Origin: a virus
DNA: 64,000 bases
Strand: one strand, 5' to 3'
IMG/VR virus record: IMGVR_UViG_3300045988_073134
Shown: positions 1 through 10,127 of the stretch, one piece after another
Layout: every line of letters begins with the position of its first letter
How positions within the stretch are numbered: the stretch's first letter is position 1
Program-made: the position numbers and the translations under genes
The notes under the pieces: model-generated
What the model saw: only the letters and a program-made list of their open reading frames with translations
Told to the model about the DNA's origin: nothing
Database searches by the model: none

Positions 1-2262
1 CTTCGCAATATCTTTATATTGTGCAGCAACTTCATTTACTGCCCCTTTAATATCTTTAGCAGTTGTATTTAATGTTTCTGTACCTAATTCAGTTTTAATA
101 CTATCTATATCTGTTTTCATATTATCTACATATTTCTTAGTAGCTGGATGATAATTTTCTGTTGGTGTATATTCTTGCGTATTTCCTATTTTTAAATATC
201 CATATAAACCTTTTTCTAGTGTTTTAGTACTTTTAGTATATGTGTATTTATTTGTGCCACCTAATATAAGTATAAATAAAGTATCAGTATTTCTTGTACA
301 CAATATAAAATCATCTCTAGTCATAGCACCACCAACAAGGGCTATTTCTGTTTCACTCTTATCTTCATTTGTATAAATAAATGAAAATCCATACACATTA
401 GCATACTTATTTGGTACAAAGTATTTTTTATATGTTCCCATATTATTACAATTAACATATATACGTTTATTAGTTTCATCAATTCTTAATATAGGTAGTT
501 GTTCAAGTAATATATTATCATCTACATATTTTTTAGTAGCTAAATCTTTGTTTTCAGTAGGAGTACCTTCTTGAGATAATTTACCTGCAAACCATGCATT
601 TCCTTCCCAATCTAAGGTATGTGCGTTAGAATTTTTACCATCCTCACCATTACCTACTATATGTGCATATTTACCTTCAGTATCTTCTATGTTGTATTTA
701 CCTTGCACATGTTGGTTTTGAGAAGAAGCAATAGTACTAGCACCTTCTGCGTGAGAATTTTCTCCTGAAGCTGTTGTACCGCCACCTTCAGCATGAGAAA
801 AATTACCTGTTGCGTGAGAATTATCACCTTCTACGTGAGAAGATTCACCTGAAGCTTCTGTATATTTACCTTCTGCATGAGAATTTTCGCCTGAAGCAAT
901 AGTACTAGCACCCTCAGCGTGTGAATATCTACCTGAAGCAGTCGTATCATTACCCTCAGCGTGTGAACCAACACCACTAGCTATTGTATTAGAACCTTCT
1001 GCATGTGAACCATAATCACCTGATGCAGTTGTAGAATTACCTTCTGAGTGTGAATATAATCCTGAAGCAGTTGTGCCACTACCTTCAGCATGGGAACCAG
1101 TACCACTAGCAGTTGTACCATCTCCTTCAGCATGTGAACAATCACTTGTCGCTTGAGTATTATTACCTTCTGCATGTGATTGATTACCTGAAGCAGTTGT
1201 ATACTTGCCTTCAGCATGAGAACATTCATTTGATGCGATTACTCCCTCACCTATAGCACTACTTCCCATTCCTATATCGCCTACTCTTCCTAAACTTATA
1301 CTATTTTGTAAGACTAAATCAGCTTCTAAATACTTATTGTCTATATATTTAACTTCTTCCTCATATATGATTAAATCAGTAAAAGCATCAGTGGTAATAT
1401 CTGCATTTAGTTTTTCAATGTATAATGATATATTAAATGTGTTATTATGTACTTCTATAAAATAATTACCTATACTACATACAATACAATCACCATATAT
1501 TTCACTTATTAATAAACTACATAATTTTTTACTATTTAAGAATTCTATATAATATCTTCTGTCTTTATTAATAGAGATATTATTTACAGTAATTTCATCA
1601 TTTATTTTTATATCACTAGCAGGTACAGTAGTCAATACTTTACTAGAAATAATATGAGGCAAATTACTGTTTTGACTTTTTATGGCTTTGGTATTAGTGT
1701 CTAGTGCTTCCTCAAATTTATTTATTAATTGTGCAGATAATATATCGCCATCATTATGGATTTCTCTAATATAATTACCTTCACTATCAAAAGCATTTTT
1801 TATCTCACCACTCGCTAAACTACTCAACCCTAGCACTGCTCTACCCATAATTGCCTGATTATCCACAAGTGGCTCACATACATGTAACTGTTGTTTTACA
1901 ATAGGCATGGAAATCATACTTGTTTTGTCGGCATCCAATAATGATATTTGGAAATCATATTCACCTAATTCAATAGGGTCATTTATAAGGTCGTCTGTTA
2001 TTGTAAGTACTGCCACTCCATCTTGTGTAGGTTGTATTGCAAAAGTATATTTTATTTCATCACTTCTATATAATCTTATTTGGAAATAGGCTGCATTAGT
2101 TTGTGCTATAATATTATTTAAATCACTTTTATCAAATTTGTATCTGTTATTTACAATTGAAAAATGCAACTCAATATTTTTATCCAGTCTAAATAGATAA
2201 ATATCTTCGTCAAGTGTGGCATTATTTTTATTGATTGTCATAATACATTTCTTATAAATCAT
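1..2262 (-). CDS. Tail-fibre-like protein, partial (start in window, runs off left edge, 754 codons seen), with about 12 YadA-head/Hep_Hag-like 14-aa repeats (SHAEGxxTTASGxx)
   Basis: Hand translation of the minus strand from ATG 2262 (RBS AGGAGGG 2273-2279, 10-nt spacer) has no stop down to base 1: MIYKKCIMTINKNN...AKDIKGAVNEVAAQYKDIAK. It is missing from the ORF track only because no stop lies in the window. It carries the fibre-type motif TPTENxxxATKKYVD twice. Confidence 0.8.
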   Translation of the reverse strand, partial: MIYKKCIMTINKNNATLDEDIYLFRLDKNIELHFSIVNNRYKFDKSDLNNIIAQTNAAYFQIRLYRSDEIKYTFAIQPTQDGVAVLTITDDLINDPIELGEYDFQISLLDADKTSMISMPIVKQQLHVCEPLVDNQAIMGRAVLGLSSLASGEIKNAFDSEGNYIREIHNDGDILSAQLINKFEEALDTNTKAIKSQNSNLPHIISSKVLTTVPASDIKINDEITVNNISINKDRRYYIEFLNSKKLCSLLISEIYGDCIVCSIGNYFIEVHNNTFNISLYIEKLNADITTDAFTDLIIYEEEVKYIDNKYLEADLVLQNSISLGRVGDIGMGSSAIGEGVIASNECSHAEGKYTTASGNQSHAEGNNTQATSDCSHAEGDGTTASGTGSHAEGSGTTASGLYSHSEGNSTTASGDYGSHAEGSNTIASGVGSHAEGNDTTASGRYSHAEGASTIASGENSHAEGKYTEASGESSHVEGDNSHATGNFSHAEGGGTTASGENSHAEGASTIASSQNQHVQGKYNIEDTEGKYAHIVGNGEDGKNSNAHTLDWEGNAWFAGKLSQEGTPTENKDLATKKYVDDNILLEQLPILRIDETNKRIYVNCNNMGTYKKYFVPNKYANVYGFSFIYTNEDKSETEIALVGGAMTRDDFILCTRNTDTLFILILGGTNKYTYTKSTKTLEKGLYGYLKIGNTQEYTPTENYHPATKKYVDNMKTDIDSIKTELGTETLNTTAKDIKGAVNEVAAQYKDIAK
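700..1240 (-). repeat. In-frame tandem coding repeat of about 42 nt (14 aa) inside the fibre gene
   Basis: Translation gives SHAEGKYTTASGNQ / SHAEGNNTQATSDC / SHAEGDGTTASGTG / SHAEGSGTTASGLY and so on, about 12 units. The alternative-frame ORF 981..1229 in the track is a by-product of this periodicity. Confidence 0.85.
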
Positions 2263-2283
2263 TGTAGCTTTTCCCTCCTTTCA

Positions 2284-2526
2284 TTATTTATGTTTTATTC
2301 CGTCTAATCCTTTTGTTGAATTGTCATTCCATATACCTAGAAAAGCAGTTATTATTGCCACTATTGCCACTGGGTTATTTATAATACCTTTAAGTGCTTC
2401 AATAAATAGTGGCCAACTAGTTAATTGATTAAAATCAACACCACTCGCACTGAATATAAGTGCCACTACAGATAGATAGAAATATGGATTTCTAAGTTTT
2501 GGATGATTTAATAAAAATTGTTTCAT
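2284..2526 (-). CDS. Holin (phi LC3 / Phage_holin_4_1-like)
   Basis: 80 aa with two hydrophobic helices (YLSVVALIFSA, VAIVAIITAFLGIW). The C-terminal NDNSTKGLDG tail resembles the TTKG(L)sD ending of that holin family as I recall it. It lies directly after the XhlA-like gene. Confidence 0.6.
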   Translation of the reverse strand: MKQFLLNHPKLRNPYFYLSVVALIFSASGVDFNQLTSWPLFIEALKGIINNPVAIVAIITAFLGIWNDNSTKGLDGIKHK

Positions 2527-2537
2527 ATTAACACCTC

Positions 2538-2837
2538 CTAAAATAAAATATTAGTTATTACTGTTAGAATAATACTGAACATAGCTAGACCTAAAGAAGT
2601 CCATAATCCTTTATTTGCCTTTTCATGCTCAACTAAAGTATTCCTTACATATTCTTCCAGTTTACTATTCCTGTTTTCCAGACCTTTTATTACTCGCTCT
2701 TGCTCTCGGGTCTGAGCTTCAATTAAGTCCAATCTACTTGCTAATCTCTGTTCATTAATACTGTCTAGTTTTGCATTAATTGTTGCTACATCTTCAATTA
2801 ATTTTAACAATAGTTCTTGCACTTTTTCATCACTCAT
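2538..2837 (-). CDS. xhlA: XhlA-like lysis-associated membrane protein
   Basis: 99 aa with an N-terminal coiled coil (IEAQTREQERVIKGLENRNSKLEE) and a single C-terminal TM helix (LWTSLGLAMFSIILTVITNILF). This is the PBSX XhlA architecture. Confidence 0.6.
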   Translation of the reverse strand: MSDEKVQELLLKLIEDVATINAKLDSINEQRLASRLDLIEAQTREQERVIKGLENRNSKLEEYVRNTLVEHEKANKGLWTSLGLAMFSIILTVITNILF

Positions 2838-2845
2838 ACATTCAC

Positions 2846-3004
2846 CTACTTTTTAGGTGGACTCTGTAGCTCCTCCAATTGCTTTTTAAGTTGTTCCACC
2901 TGTTGTTTATAAATCTCACATTGAGCCTCAGTCATCACCTTCTTTTCAATGGCGTCTGCCAATTCTCTTTTGTAAATTGCATTTAATAAATTTAAAGCAT
3001 CCAT
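2846..3004 (-). CDS. Small coiled-coil protein (52 aa), below the ORF-track size cut-off
   Basis: Hand translation gives MDALNLLNAIYKRELADAIEKKVMTEAQCEIYKQQVEQLKKQLEELQSPPKK. RBS GGAGGT 3011-3016 with a 6-nt spacer. The stop lies 8 nt before the xhlA-like ATG. Confidence 0.5.
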   Translation of the reverse strand: MDALNLLNAIYKRELADAIEKKVMTEAQCEIYKQQVEQLKKQLEELQSPPKK

Positions 3005-3047
3005 TGCATTACCTCCTATATATCATGTTTCATATTGTATATTAGTT

Positions 3048-3076
3048 AAAAAAGGACTAGATTAAACTAGTCCTTT
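3048..3076 (-). terminator. Intrinsic terminator after the 635-aa fibre gene
   Basis: The minus strand reads AAAGGACTAG-TTTAAT-CTAGTCCTTT followed by TTTAAC. The core stem is 7-10 bp at 3051-3060 / 3067-3076. Confidence 0.55.
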
Positions 3077-3081
3077 AAATT

Positions 3082-4989
3082 TTATTCTGTATAAGTAACT
3101 TTCATTGTTACACTACCACTACATACTGCATAACTACCTGAGTTATATGCTGACTGAATACCAAATCCTTTTACAGTTCCGTTTGATATTGCGTTTAATA
3201 TAGTACTGTTAGTAATAGTTAATTTACCACTATCACCAACTGCAATGCTAACACTGCCACAACTAGAACCGTATGAAGGTTTTCCACTTGGTCTACTTGC
3301 GTAGTTATGAGTTTTTACTTGTAATGCTACTCCACTATAAGAACCACCGGAAATTCTCTTAATAGTAAGCTCAATTTTACTAATAGATTTACCATTAAAT
3401 TGGTTAAATTGACTACCAAAGAACCAGCAACCATTGCAATCACCATAACCATAGTCACCCTGTCTACAAGTATTATCTTTTTTCCAGTTGTTATATACTG
3501 AACTTCTATAAGTATCACCACTGTTAGATTTTATTGTTACAGTTTTAGTAGTTGATGTAGAAGGCGCTTGGTTGCCGTCTGTAGTTTGGTTACCACTTTC
3601 GTGGTTAACATTTGTAGGAGCTATTATTTGACCTGGTAAACTTACGTGAGTATTGGATTTACTACCACCGCATTGTGGACTGTTTGCTATTGTAATGGTT
3701 CCACCACTTACTGCCTCAAATCCATACTGACTACATACACCACTTGAACTTGCAGCGTGTATTCTACCTCCTGCGTTTGCTCTAAAACCTACATCACAAT
3801 TGATAAATTGTAAATCTTTATAATATCCACTGGCGTATGAATCGCAAGCCATACCTACAATTGTAGTGGCACTACCGGAAGCATTATCGCTACCATATAT
3901 TTTTAAACTATACGCATTAATGCAGGAACTTTCCTGTCCAACCAAACTAGCCGTTCTACTGGCAACTGGACAACCTGTACTTGGGTGTATTACACCAGTC
4001 CTTGCAGTTTCATATTTCATATAGCCTCCATATACATACACTTTAATACTACTCATATAATTTCTAATCCATCCATATACAGTATTGCCGTCTAAATATA
4101 AGTTAATTCTACCACTGGAAAAATATCTAATGTCTATATTTTCATAAATATCTTCTTGTATCCATATATCTACTACTTTACCATTTAAGAACTTAGGTAA
4201 GGCCTCTAATGCTCCACTTACTGTAGCGAATGACACACCGTCATATAATTCATTATCATCACTACCGCTACTATTAATTGATATTTGAATGTCATCTTCC
4301 AAAGTACTTGGATACTGAGCACTATTTATTTTGTTGGCAGTGATTGTATCGGCAGTAAGTTCTCCCTCAACTGAGAAACTATCTCCGATAACCTCAGAAC
4401 CTTGTATTTGAGCACCGACTATATTACCTTCACCGTCTACACTAAATGTATTACTTTGGTTCCTAAAGGTGCTACCTATTATAGTTGCACCTGTAATAGT
4501 TTTACCGTCTATGGCACCGTCAACTATCATATCTCCATTTACTTTTACTTGCTTAGTTATAATCGCTAACATCTCGTCTGTTAAGGTCATTGAACTTGCA
4601 CTATTACCTCTAACCATCCATGAAAATCTATCAGCCAATTGTTCATATTTTGTTTCATTGGCTTTTATTACTGAACTTTTGGTAATAGTCGCAACTGGGA
4701 TAGTTTTATTCACAGTTGATTTTCCTTCTATATTAATAGTGACGTGTATTTCTCCTGCATTGCCAGTTGCAGTAAGGAGAGTGATAGTTTTATAATCACT
4801 CTCTAGTTTTGCAGTACAGTTAGTGGTATCTGTTATAGTTACTTTATATTGTCCTGTAGTTGGAGTCGTATTAACTGCGACTAATGGAGTAGTTCCATTG
4901 TATATATCAATTTTAGTATTTTTACTTGTTTGTTCTACCACAACTTTATTAACTGTTGTAGTAAACGTATTACTATAAATCTCACTCAT
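3082..4989 (-). CDS. Putative tail fibre / receptor-binding protein
   Basis: 635-aa ORF rich in Gly, Ser and Thr within the distal tail gene block. I recognise no catalytic motif, so the call is positional. Confidence 0.45.
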   Translation of the reverse strand: MSEIYSNTFTTTVNKVVVEQTSKNTKIDIYNGTTPLVAVNTTPTTGQYKVTITDTTNCTAKLESDYKTITLLTATGNAGEIHVTINIEGKSTVNKTIPVATITKSSVIKANETKYEQLADRFSWMVRGNSASSMTLTDEMLAIITKQVKVNGDMIVDGAIDGKTITGATIIGSTFRNQSNTFSVDGEGNIVGAQIQGSEVIGDSFSVEGELTADTITANKINSAQYPSTLEDDIQISINSSGSDDNELYDGVSFATVSGALEALPKFLNGKVVDIWIQEDIYENIDIRYFSSGRINLYLDGNTVYGWIRNYMSSIKVYVYGGYMKYETARTGVIHPSTGCPVASRTASLVGQESSCINAYSLKIYGSDNASGSATTIVGMACDSYASGYYKDLQFINCDVGFRANAGGRIHAASSSGVCSQYGFEAVSGGTITIANSPQCGGSKSNTHVSLPGQIIAPTNVNHESGNQTTDGNQAPSTSTTKTVTIKSNSGDTYRSSVYNNWKKDNTCRQGDYGYGDCNGCWFFGSQFNQFNGKSISKIELTIKRISGGSYSGVALQVKTHNYASRPSGKPSYGSSCGSVSIAVGDSGKLTITNSTILNAISNGTVKGFGIQSAYNSGSYAVCSGSVTMKVTYTE

Positions 4990-5002
4990 TATTAACCACC
5001 TC

Positions 5003-7450
5003 CTAGCTTGTTTTAGTTAAATTACAATATGATAAATATTTTCGTGGGTCATAACATCCATATCTTATTTTAGTAGTTTCAGCAACAAAAGTATATTTAG
5101 TATTATAATCACCTGTAGTAGTAAATAACTCTTTAACAAAGTTATCATTATCATCATAAGCATAACACCATACCCATGTAGCATCCATTTGTAATGAATA
5201 GTGTGCGCCTTTCTCAACTGTTACTGGATTGACTGTCGCCCAGTCATCTGTACTATTAACTATCTTATGTGTACTATTATCCACTTTTTTACCATATGTC
5301 ATATTTCCTATAGTACCTGGTTCAGGTTCAGGAGTTGTACCGCCTGAATCTTTAGCTCTCAATACCCCATTTGATACAGTTAATGTAATTTGTTTTGATA
5401 CACCTGAATGTGAAGTACCTGTAATTACTACTTCACCATTAGCACCTGCATAACTACTACATAATCCACTATGACAAGTTACTAGGCTTGTATTACTAGA
5501 TTGCCATGTTAGTGATTTATTTATACAGTTATCATTAAAAGTAGGTCTTACCATACAGTTATGTGAACTATCATTAGCATCCATAGCAGCTAGTGTAAAG
5601 TCACTAGAGTTTAATACTACATTATCAGTACTTAATGGATAATATTTTACCCAGTCAACGTATTGTGTGATTTCAGTAGTATTACTGTCAGGTGTGCCAC
5701 CACTAGCACCAATTGCTTGATTAAGTAAAATAAAGTGTGGTATATGGAATGCTCTATTATCAGTAGCACTTGTTCTGCTTAATTCATGTCCATCTATAGA
5801 GAACACTAAACTACCATCTGTATTCCATTCCATAGCAAACTCGTGCCAATCACCAGTAGGATAATTATTATACCATACACGGCCGCTTTCTTCTTTTTCA
5901 TTAAAGAATGTACCACAAGTTAGTTTGCCATTATAAAATTCCATTACGTCGAATTCACCACAATAAGCCCACCATTCACCTAATGTATCAGGGCTACCAT
6001 TTTCTTTATATCCAAATTCAAAACTATCTCCTAAAGTCCAAAATGCGCCAAAAGAACCATTCCAATTACATGGTCTAACTCTAGCCACTATTTTACCATA
6101 CATAAAAGCAAAATGTCCTTTAGAGATAATTGATGCAGATGTCCAAGAACCATCACTTGCTTTTTTACCTCTTAGTGCTAATATGCCATCATTGATTTCA
6201 GCATTAGTATTTGTATATCTTTGAGTTTCATTATTTCTAACATAACCTAATTCATATCCCCATTTATTTGAGTCTACACTACTGCCTGAGAAGTCATCTA
6301 TTACATAAGCACCAGTAGAATCTAGTAATGAGCTTGAACTTGAGCCATTTTCTTTTAATGTACCTGTGATAGCAGTACTTGCATCACCAGTAGCACATAT
6401 TAATATTTTAGTTATATTTGCTGGTACAGTAAACGTATATGATAAGGCTTTATTTGACCAGTCATCTGTGTTGCCTTCGACATATGATACATAAGAATTT
6501 GATGAATTATAATAACAAACACATACATAATTAGCTTTATTAAGATTTATAGTATAAGATTTACCGGCAGTTACACTTATATAATTTAATGTACTATAAT
6601 ATGTACCATCTGTGGTATCTGTAATTACACCATCATTAAGTCTTTTATATTGAGTAAAAGTTAAGCCATCTTTATTTACTAAATTAACTGTAAATACATT
6701 ACTTGTCTTAGTAGTGCCTTTTGCAGTTGTAACTCTTATAGCCATTTGATAAGTTCCAGCACCGGCTTTATTATCATGTTTAAATTTATAATGTGTTCCA
6801 TTAGCAGTTACATCCTCTGTTTTATCGTAGAATGTATTTCCTCCATCCCATGAGACTTCATGTTTTACTACTGCTATATTTGTACTGTATTCAATATAAA
6901 ATTCAGTTTTTTCAGTTTGAGTTATGTTTGCTATATTACTTATAGTTAGAGTTTCAGGTGTTACTGGAATTGCCTCAGTTGTAACAGTGATAGTGATGTT
7001 GCCAGTAACATTTGGTATATTAATATTACTACCTCTAATAACAGTATTACTTATATCAGTTCCACCCATCACAACACTAATATTTTTTACATTATAGCCT
7101 TCATTAGCTGCTACAATAGTTGAATAGCTAGAACCCTTTTTAATAGATTTAGTTGAGTTACTACTTGTTGCCTGATTTAAAGTGTATGTTATAGTGTAGT
7201 ATGTATCGGTAGTTCCTCCTCCACTCTCAGTATATACACATTTTAACTTACAATTACTATAAGTTCCATTATCCCAGTTACTAATATTGAAAACGGCACT
7301 AGACTTAGTAAAGGAAGTGGCACTTATATAAGTACTACCTCCATCTTTACTAAGTAGAATGTCGGAGATATTAGTAACATCGGTTGTAAAATTCACGGTC
7401 AAAGTATCTCCAGATGTACTGGGATTACTTGATACAGTTATTGTTGCCAT
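5003..7450 (-). CDS. Tail fibre protein with an internal GH16 (laminarinase-type beta-glucanase / ConA-like) domain
   Basis: Contains GAFWTLG followed by GEFDVMEF, which matches the GH16 ExDxxE catalytic signature (E-F-D-V-M-E). The N-terminal part is Ig-like and Thr-rich. The GH16 region is encoded at about 5636-6310. Confidence 0.65.
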   Translation of the reverse strand: MATITVSSNPSTSGDTLTVNFTTDVTNISDILLSKDGGSTYISATSFTKSSAVFNISNWDNGTYSNCKLKCVYTESGGGTTDTYYTITYTLNQATSSNSTKSIKKGSSYSTIVAANEGYNVKNISVVMGGTDISNTVIRGSNINIPNVTGNITITVTTEAIPVTPETLTISNIANITQTEKTEFYIEYSTNIAVVKHEVSWDGGNTFYDKTEDVTANGTHYKFKHDNKAGAGTYQMAIRVTTAKGTTKTSNVFTVNLVNKDGLTFTQYKRLNDGVITDTTDGTYYSTLNYISVTAGKSYTINLNKANYVCVCYYNSSNSYVSYVEGNTDDWSNKALSYTFTVPANITKILICATGDASTAITGTLKENGSSSSSLLDSTGAYVIDDFSGSSVDSNKWGYELGYVRNNETQRYTNTNAEINDGILALRGKKASDGSWTSASIISKGHFAFMYGKIVARVRPCNWNGSFGAFWTLGDSFEFGYKENGSPDTLGEWWAYCGEFDVMEFYNGKLTCGTFFNEKEESGRVWYNNYPTGDWHEFAMEWNTDGSLVFSIDGHELSRTSATDNRAFHIPHFILLNQAIGASGGTPDSNTTEITQYVDWVKYYPLSTDNVVLNSSDFTLAAMDANDSSHNCMVRPTFNDNCINKSLTWQSSNTSLVTCHSGLCSSYAGANGEVVITGTSHSGVSKQITLTVSNGVLRAKDSGGTTPEPEPGTIGNMTYGKKVDNSTHKIVNSTDDWATVNPVTVEKGAHYSLQMDATWVWCYAYDDNDNFVKELFTTTGDYNTKYTFVAETTKIRYGCYDPRKYLSYCNLTKTS

Positions 7451-7464
7451 ATAAACACCTCCAT

Positions 7465-10116
7465 TTATTCACAAGTTGTTACTATACACTCTTTACTAAG
7501 TATTATAGTATATCCATCTTTATTTTGAATTGATTCCTTAACCTCGTTTAATCCTTCTTTTGTTGCATAAGTATCACTTACTGTCATCTTGAATCCATCT
7601 AATGATTGTTCCAATTTTGCTTGTTTACTAGTTACTACTTTTACTTGTTCTGCCACTTGTTCTAATGTTGGAGTTGTATAAGTAGTTGATGTAGGATTTT
7701 GCCATACTAATTTATATCTTAACCATAAGTATTTATTTTCTGTTACAGCAGGCATACTCTCAACCCAATTACCACCAGTTTGTGTTGTGTTACTAGTAGA
7801 TAGATACCATTGTGGAGTTGAGTTAGTTAATGATTGTCCTTTATCACCAGGTTTACCATTTGCTCCTTGTTCACCTTTTATCTTACTCCATGTGTACGTA
7901 GTAACAGACTCACTATCTTTATTGTTTGTATCAGTATAAACTCCTATATAAGCTCCAGGAGTTTCGCCTTTATTCGCAGTAAAAGTTTTACCTCCATCAT
8001 CACTATATTTTATGTGTAGGTAATAAGTTTTACCGTCTGTACCATTAGTTCCAGGTATACCTTGTTCACCTTGTTGACCTTCAAATCTACTCCATGTATA
8101 AGCTGTATAATCAGTGCTATCATTTGGATTATAATCAACATATGTACCTATATAAGTACTTGGAGTTTCACTCATTGGATTACCATTCGCATTGGCACTA
8201 TATTTTATATGAAAATATGTTGTCTTACCATCTTTTCCTGGTGTTCCTGGTGCACCATCTTTACCAGGTGTACCATCTTTTCCTGGTGTTCCAGGGATAC
8301 CTTGCTCCCCTTGTTCACCTTGTAAACCTTGTAGTCCTTGTGGACCCTGTTCACCTTGTGGACCTTGAATACCTTGTGAGCCTTGTTCACCTTTATCTCC
8401 TTTATCTCCCTTAGCACCTTGAATACATACTGGTGTTGAGTATGTTACACTACCATCACCTTGAGTGTATTTTATTCTTTGCCATATATATTTTCCACTT
8501 TCCCATTCAGGAGTAGTTTCTATCCAACTACCTCCAGTTTGAGTAGTATTACTTGTAGATACATAGTACTGAGATACAGTCTTTGTTAATGTTCCGTTAA
8601 AACTAGTTTCTAATTTTCCTATTGCAGTTGTATGTTTATTTACAGTATCTACAGTGCTATTATATTCATCTTTTAGTTGAGTAACAGTACCATCTGTCTT
8701 AGTGATAGTTGTATTACTAATTAACTGACTAATTTGACCTTGTGCTATGCCTATATTAGTTGTATTGGTAGATACCTGCTCAATAACACTACTTAAATCT
8801 CCACCGATAGTAACATCTTTTATAGTTTCAACTGTCTTCTTAAGTTGGTTAAATGATACATCTAAAGTTTGGTCAGTATCACTAAATTTTATTTGACTTG
8901 CTTTTATAGTATTAGTGTTATTATTGATATTACTGATAACACTACTAATATCTAATTTACTACCACTTATATTGGCATTGTCTGCCACTTTACTATCAAC
9001 TATTAATCCATCTTTTATAGCGTCACTTGATTGAATACCATTCTGATTAATAAGTTGACCTTTACCAGTTTCATCATATAATACAAAAGTAAAATTACCT
9101 TTAGCATCTTTTCCTAGTTGAATACGTACATTACCTTTGCTATCTTTAAATTGTTGAAGATTACCTTGTAATAACATAGAGCCATCATCACTCTGAATAT
9201 TTACATTGTTAGTATTAATTGTACCAGTATTGATTTTATTTGCACTTACAGTATCTATCATGGCATCTTTTATAAGTGCGTCTGCTATAGTGACTTTACC
9301 AGCAGTAAGATTTAATGATTGTATATTATCCATAGTAAGATGACCACCAATTAAGGTTTGTATTTCTGCCACTGTAGCTTTTAAGTTTGTTATAGTGGCG
9401 TTAATGGCATCTAAATCACCGACTTTTAAGTTATCAATTTTAGCATTTATAGCTGTAAAGTTATTTGTTGTAAGGTCTTTGAACTCACCATAATCTGCTT
9501 TTATCTTTTGTGCCTCTAACTCAACTACTTTTAATTTTGGAACGCTTTCTCCGTCTAATAATAGATTACCTTCATCATCTATATATAGCCATGGAGCCTT
9601 TCCATCTTTTGTAAGTGTTTCTAATAGTTCTTGTAAGTTTTGAGGAATTTTCGTATCAGGGTCAGTTTCTAATACTTTAGTATCAGGGTCACCACATAAA
9701 TCAGTTATTGTTTGTTTAGCAGTTTCCATATTGTTAGTGGCGTCTTGTAGTTCTGCACTCATCTCCTCTGTCATTTCTTCTGTACTTAATGCTTGTATTA
9801 ATACAGAGACAATTCTATCCATGGCCTCGTTATAATCTTCTCCAGCCTGTTGAATATCTCCTATCTTAGCGTCCTCACATTCTTCATCTTCGATACCCTC
9901 AACTTGTACATCAATTCTATCTTGGTCATCTTCTACAGTGTCAGGTACTTCATAATACGTATCATCTTCTGTAGTATCGTCAGAAGCAGCTACAGTAGCT
10001 ACTTCTGATTCCTCTGCAAATTCTTCCATATCTTCATCTAATGTTGGCCATATAATCATCTCACCGTCATCATCGTATATCGGTCTATCAACGTGTTCTC
10101 GTCCATCATCCATCAT
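7465..10116 (-). CDS. Collagen-like-repeat tail fibre / baseplate protein with duplicated modules
   Basis: 883 aa with an acidic N-terminus and three G-X-Y tracts. It has duplicated modules Y(F/L)HIKYS...YTWS and [10 protein letters not shown](S/N)W(I/V)E. Confidence 0.65.
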   Translation of the reverse strand: MMDDGREHVDRPIYDDDGEMIIWPTLDEDMEEFAEESEVATVAASDDTTEDDTYYEVPDTVEDDQDRIDVQVEGIEDEECEDAKIGDIQQAGEDYNEAMDRIVSVLIQALSTEEMTEEMSAELQDATNNMETAKQTITDLCGDPDTKVLETDPDTKIPQNLQELLETLTKDGKAPWLYIDDEGNLLLDGESVPKLKVVELEAQKIKADYGEFKDLTTNNFTAINAKIDNLKVGDLDAINATITNLKATVAEIQTLIGGHLTMDNIQSLNLTAGKVTIADALIKDAMIDTVSANKINTGTINTNNVNIQSDDGSMLLQGNLQQFKDSKGNVRIQLGKDAKGNFTFVLYDETGKGQLINQNGIQSSDAIKDGLIVDSKVADNANISGSKLDISSVISNINNNTNTIKASQIKFSDTDQTLDVSFNQLKKTVETIKDVTIGGDLSSVIEQVSTNTTNIGIAQGQISQLISNTTITKTDGTVTQLKDEYNSTVDTVNKHTTAIGKLETSFNGTLTKTVSQYYVSTSNTTQTGGSWIETTPEWESGKYIWQRIKYTQGDGSVTYSTPVCIQGAKGDKGDKGEQGSQGIQGPQGEQGPQGLQGLQGEQGEQGIPGTPGKDGTPGKDGAPGTPGKDGKTTYFHIKYSANANGNPMSETPSTYIGTYVDYNPNDSTDYTAYTWSRFEGQQGEQGIPGTNGTDGKTYYLHIKYSDDGGKTFTANKGETPGAYIGVYTDTNNKDSESVTTYTWSKIKGEQGANGKPGDKGQSLTNSTPQWYLSTSNTTQTGGNWVESMPAVTENKYLWLRYKLVWQNPTSTTYTTPTLEQVAEQVKVVTSKQAKLEQSLDGFKMTVSDTYATKEGLNEVKESIQNKDGYTIILSKECIVTTCE
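8221..8418 (-). repeat. Collagen-like G-X-Y tract, 22 triplets
   Basis: [66 protein letters not shown]. Shorter tracts lie at 8026-8079 (6 triplets) and 7831-7875 (5 triplets). Confidence 0.9.
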
Positions 10117-10127
10117 GTAAATCCCTC

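Noticed and set aside
981-1229. Minus-strand 82-aa ORF in the track
   Set aside because: It is an alternative frame of the 42-nt tandem repeat inside the real fibre gene (frame verified open from 2262 to 1).
3327-3521. Nested minus-strand 64-aa ORF inside 3082..4989
   Set aside because: It is out of frame inside a longer ORF and has no RBS.
8062-8417. ORFs 8062..8325(+), 8094..8414(+) and 8205..8417(-)
   Set aside because: They are artefacts of the collagen-like G-X-Y coding repeat, which stays open in several frames.
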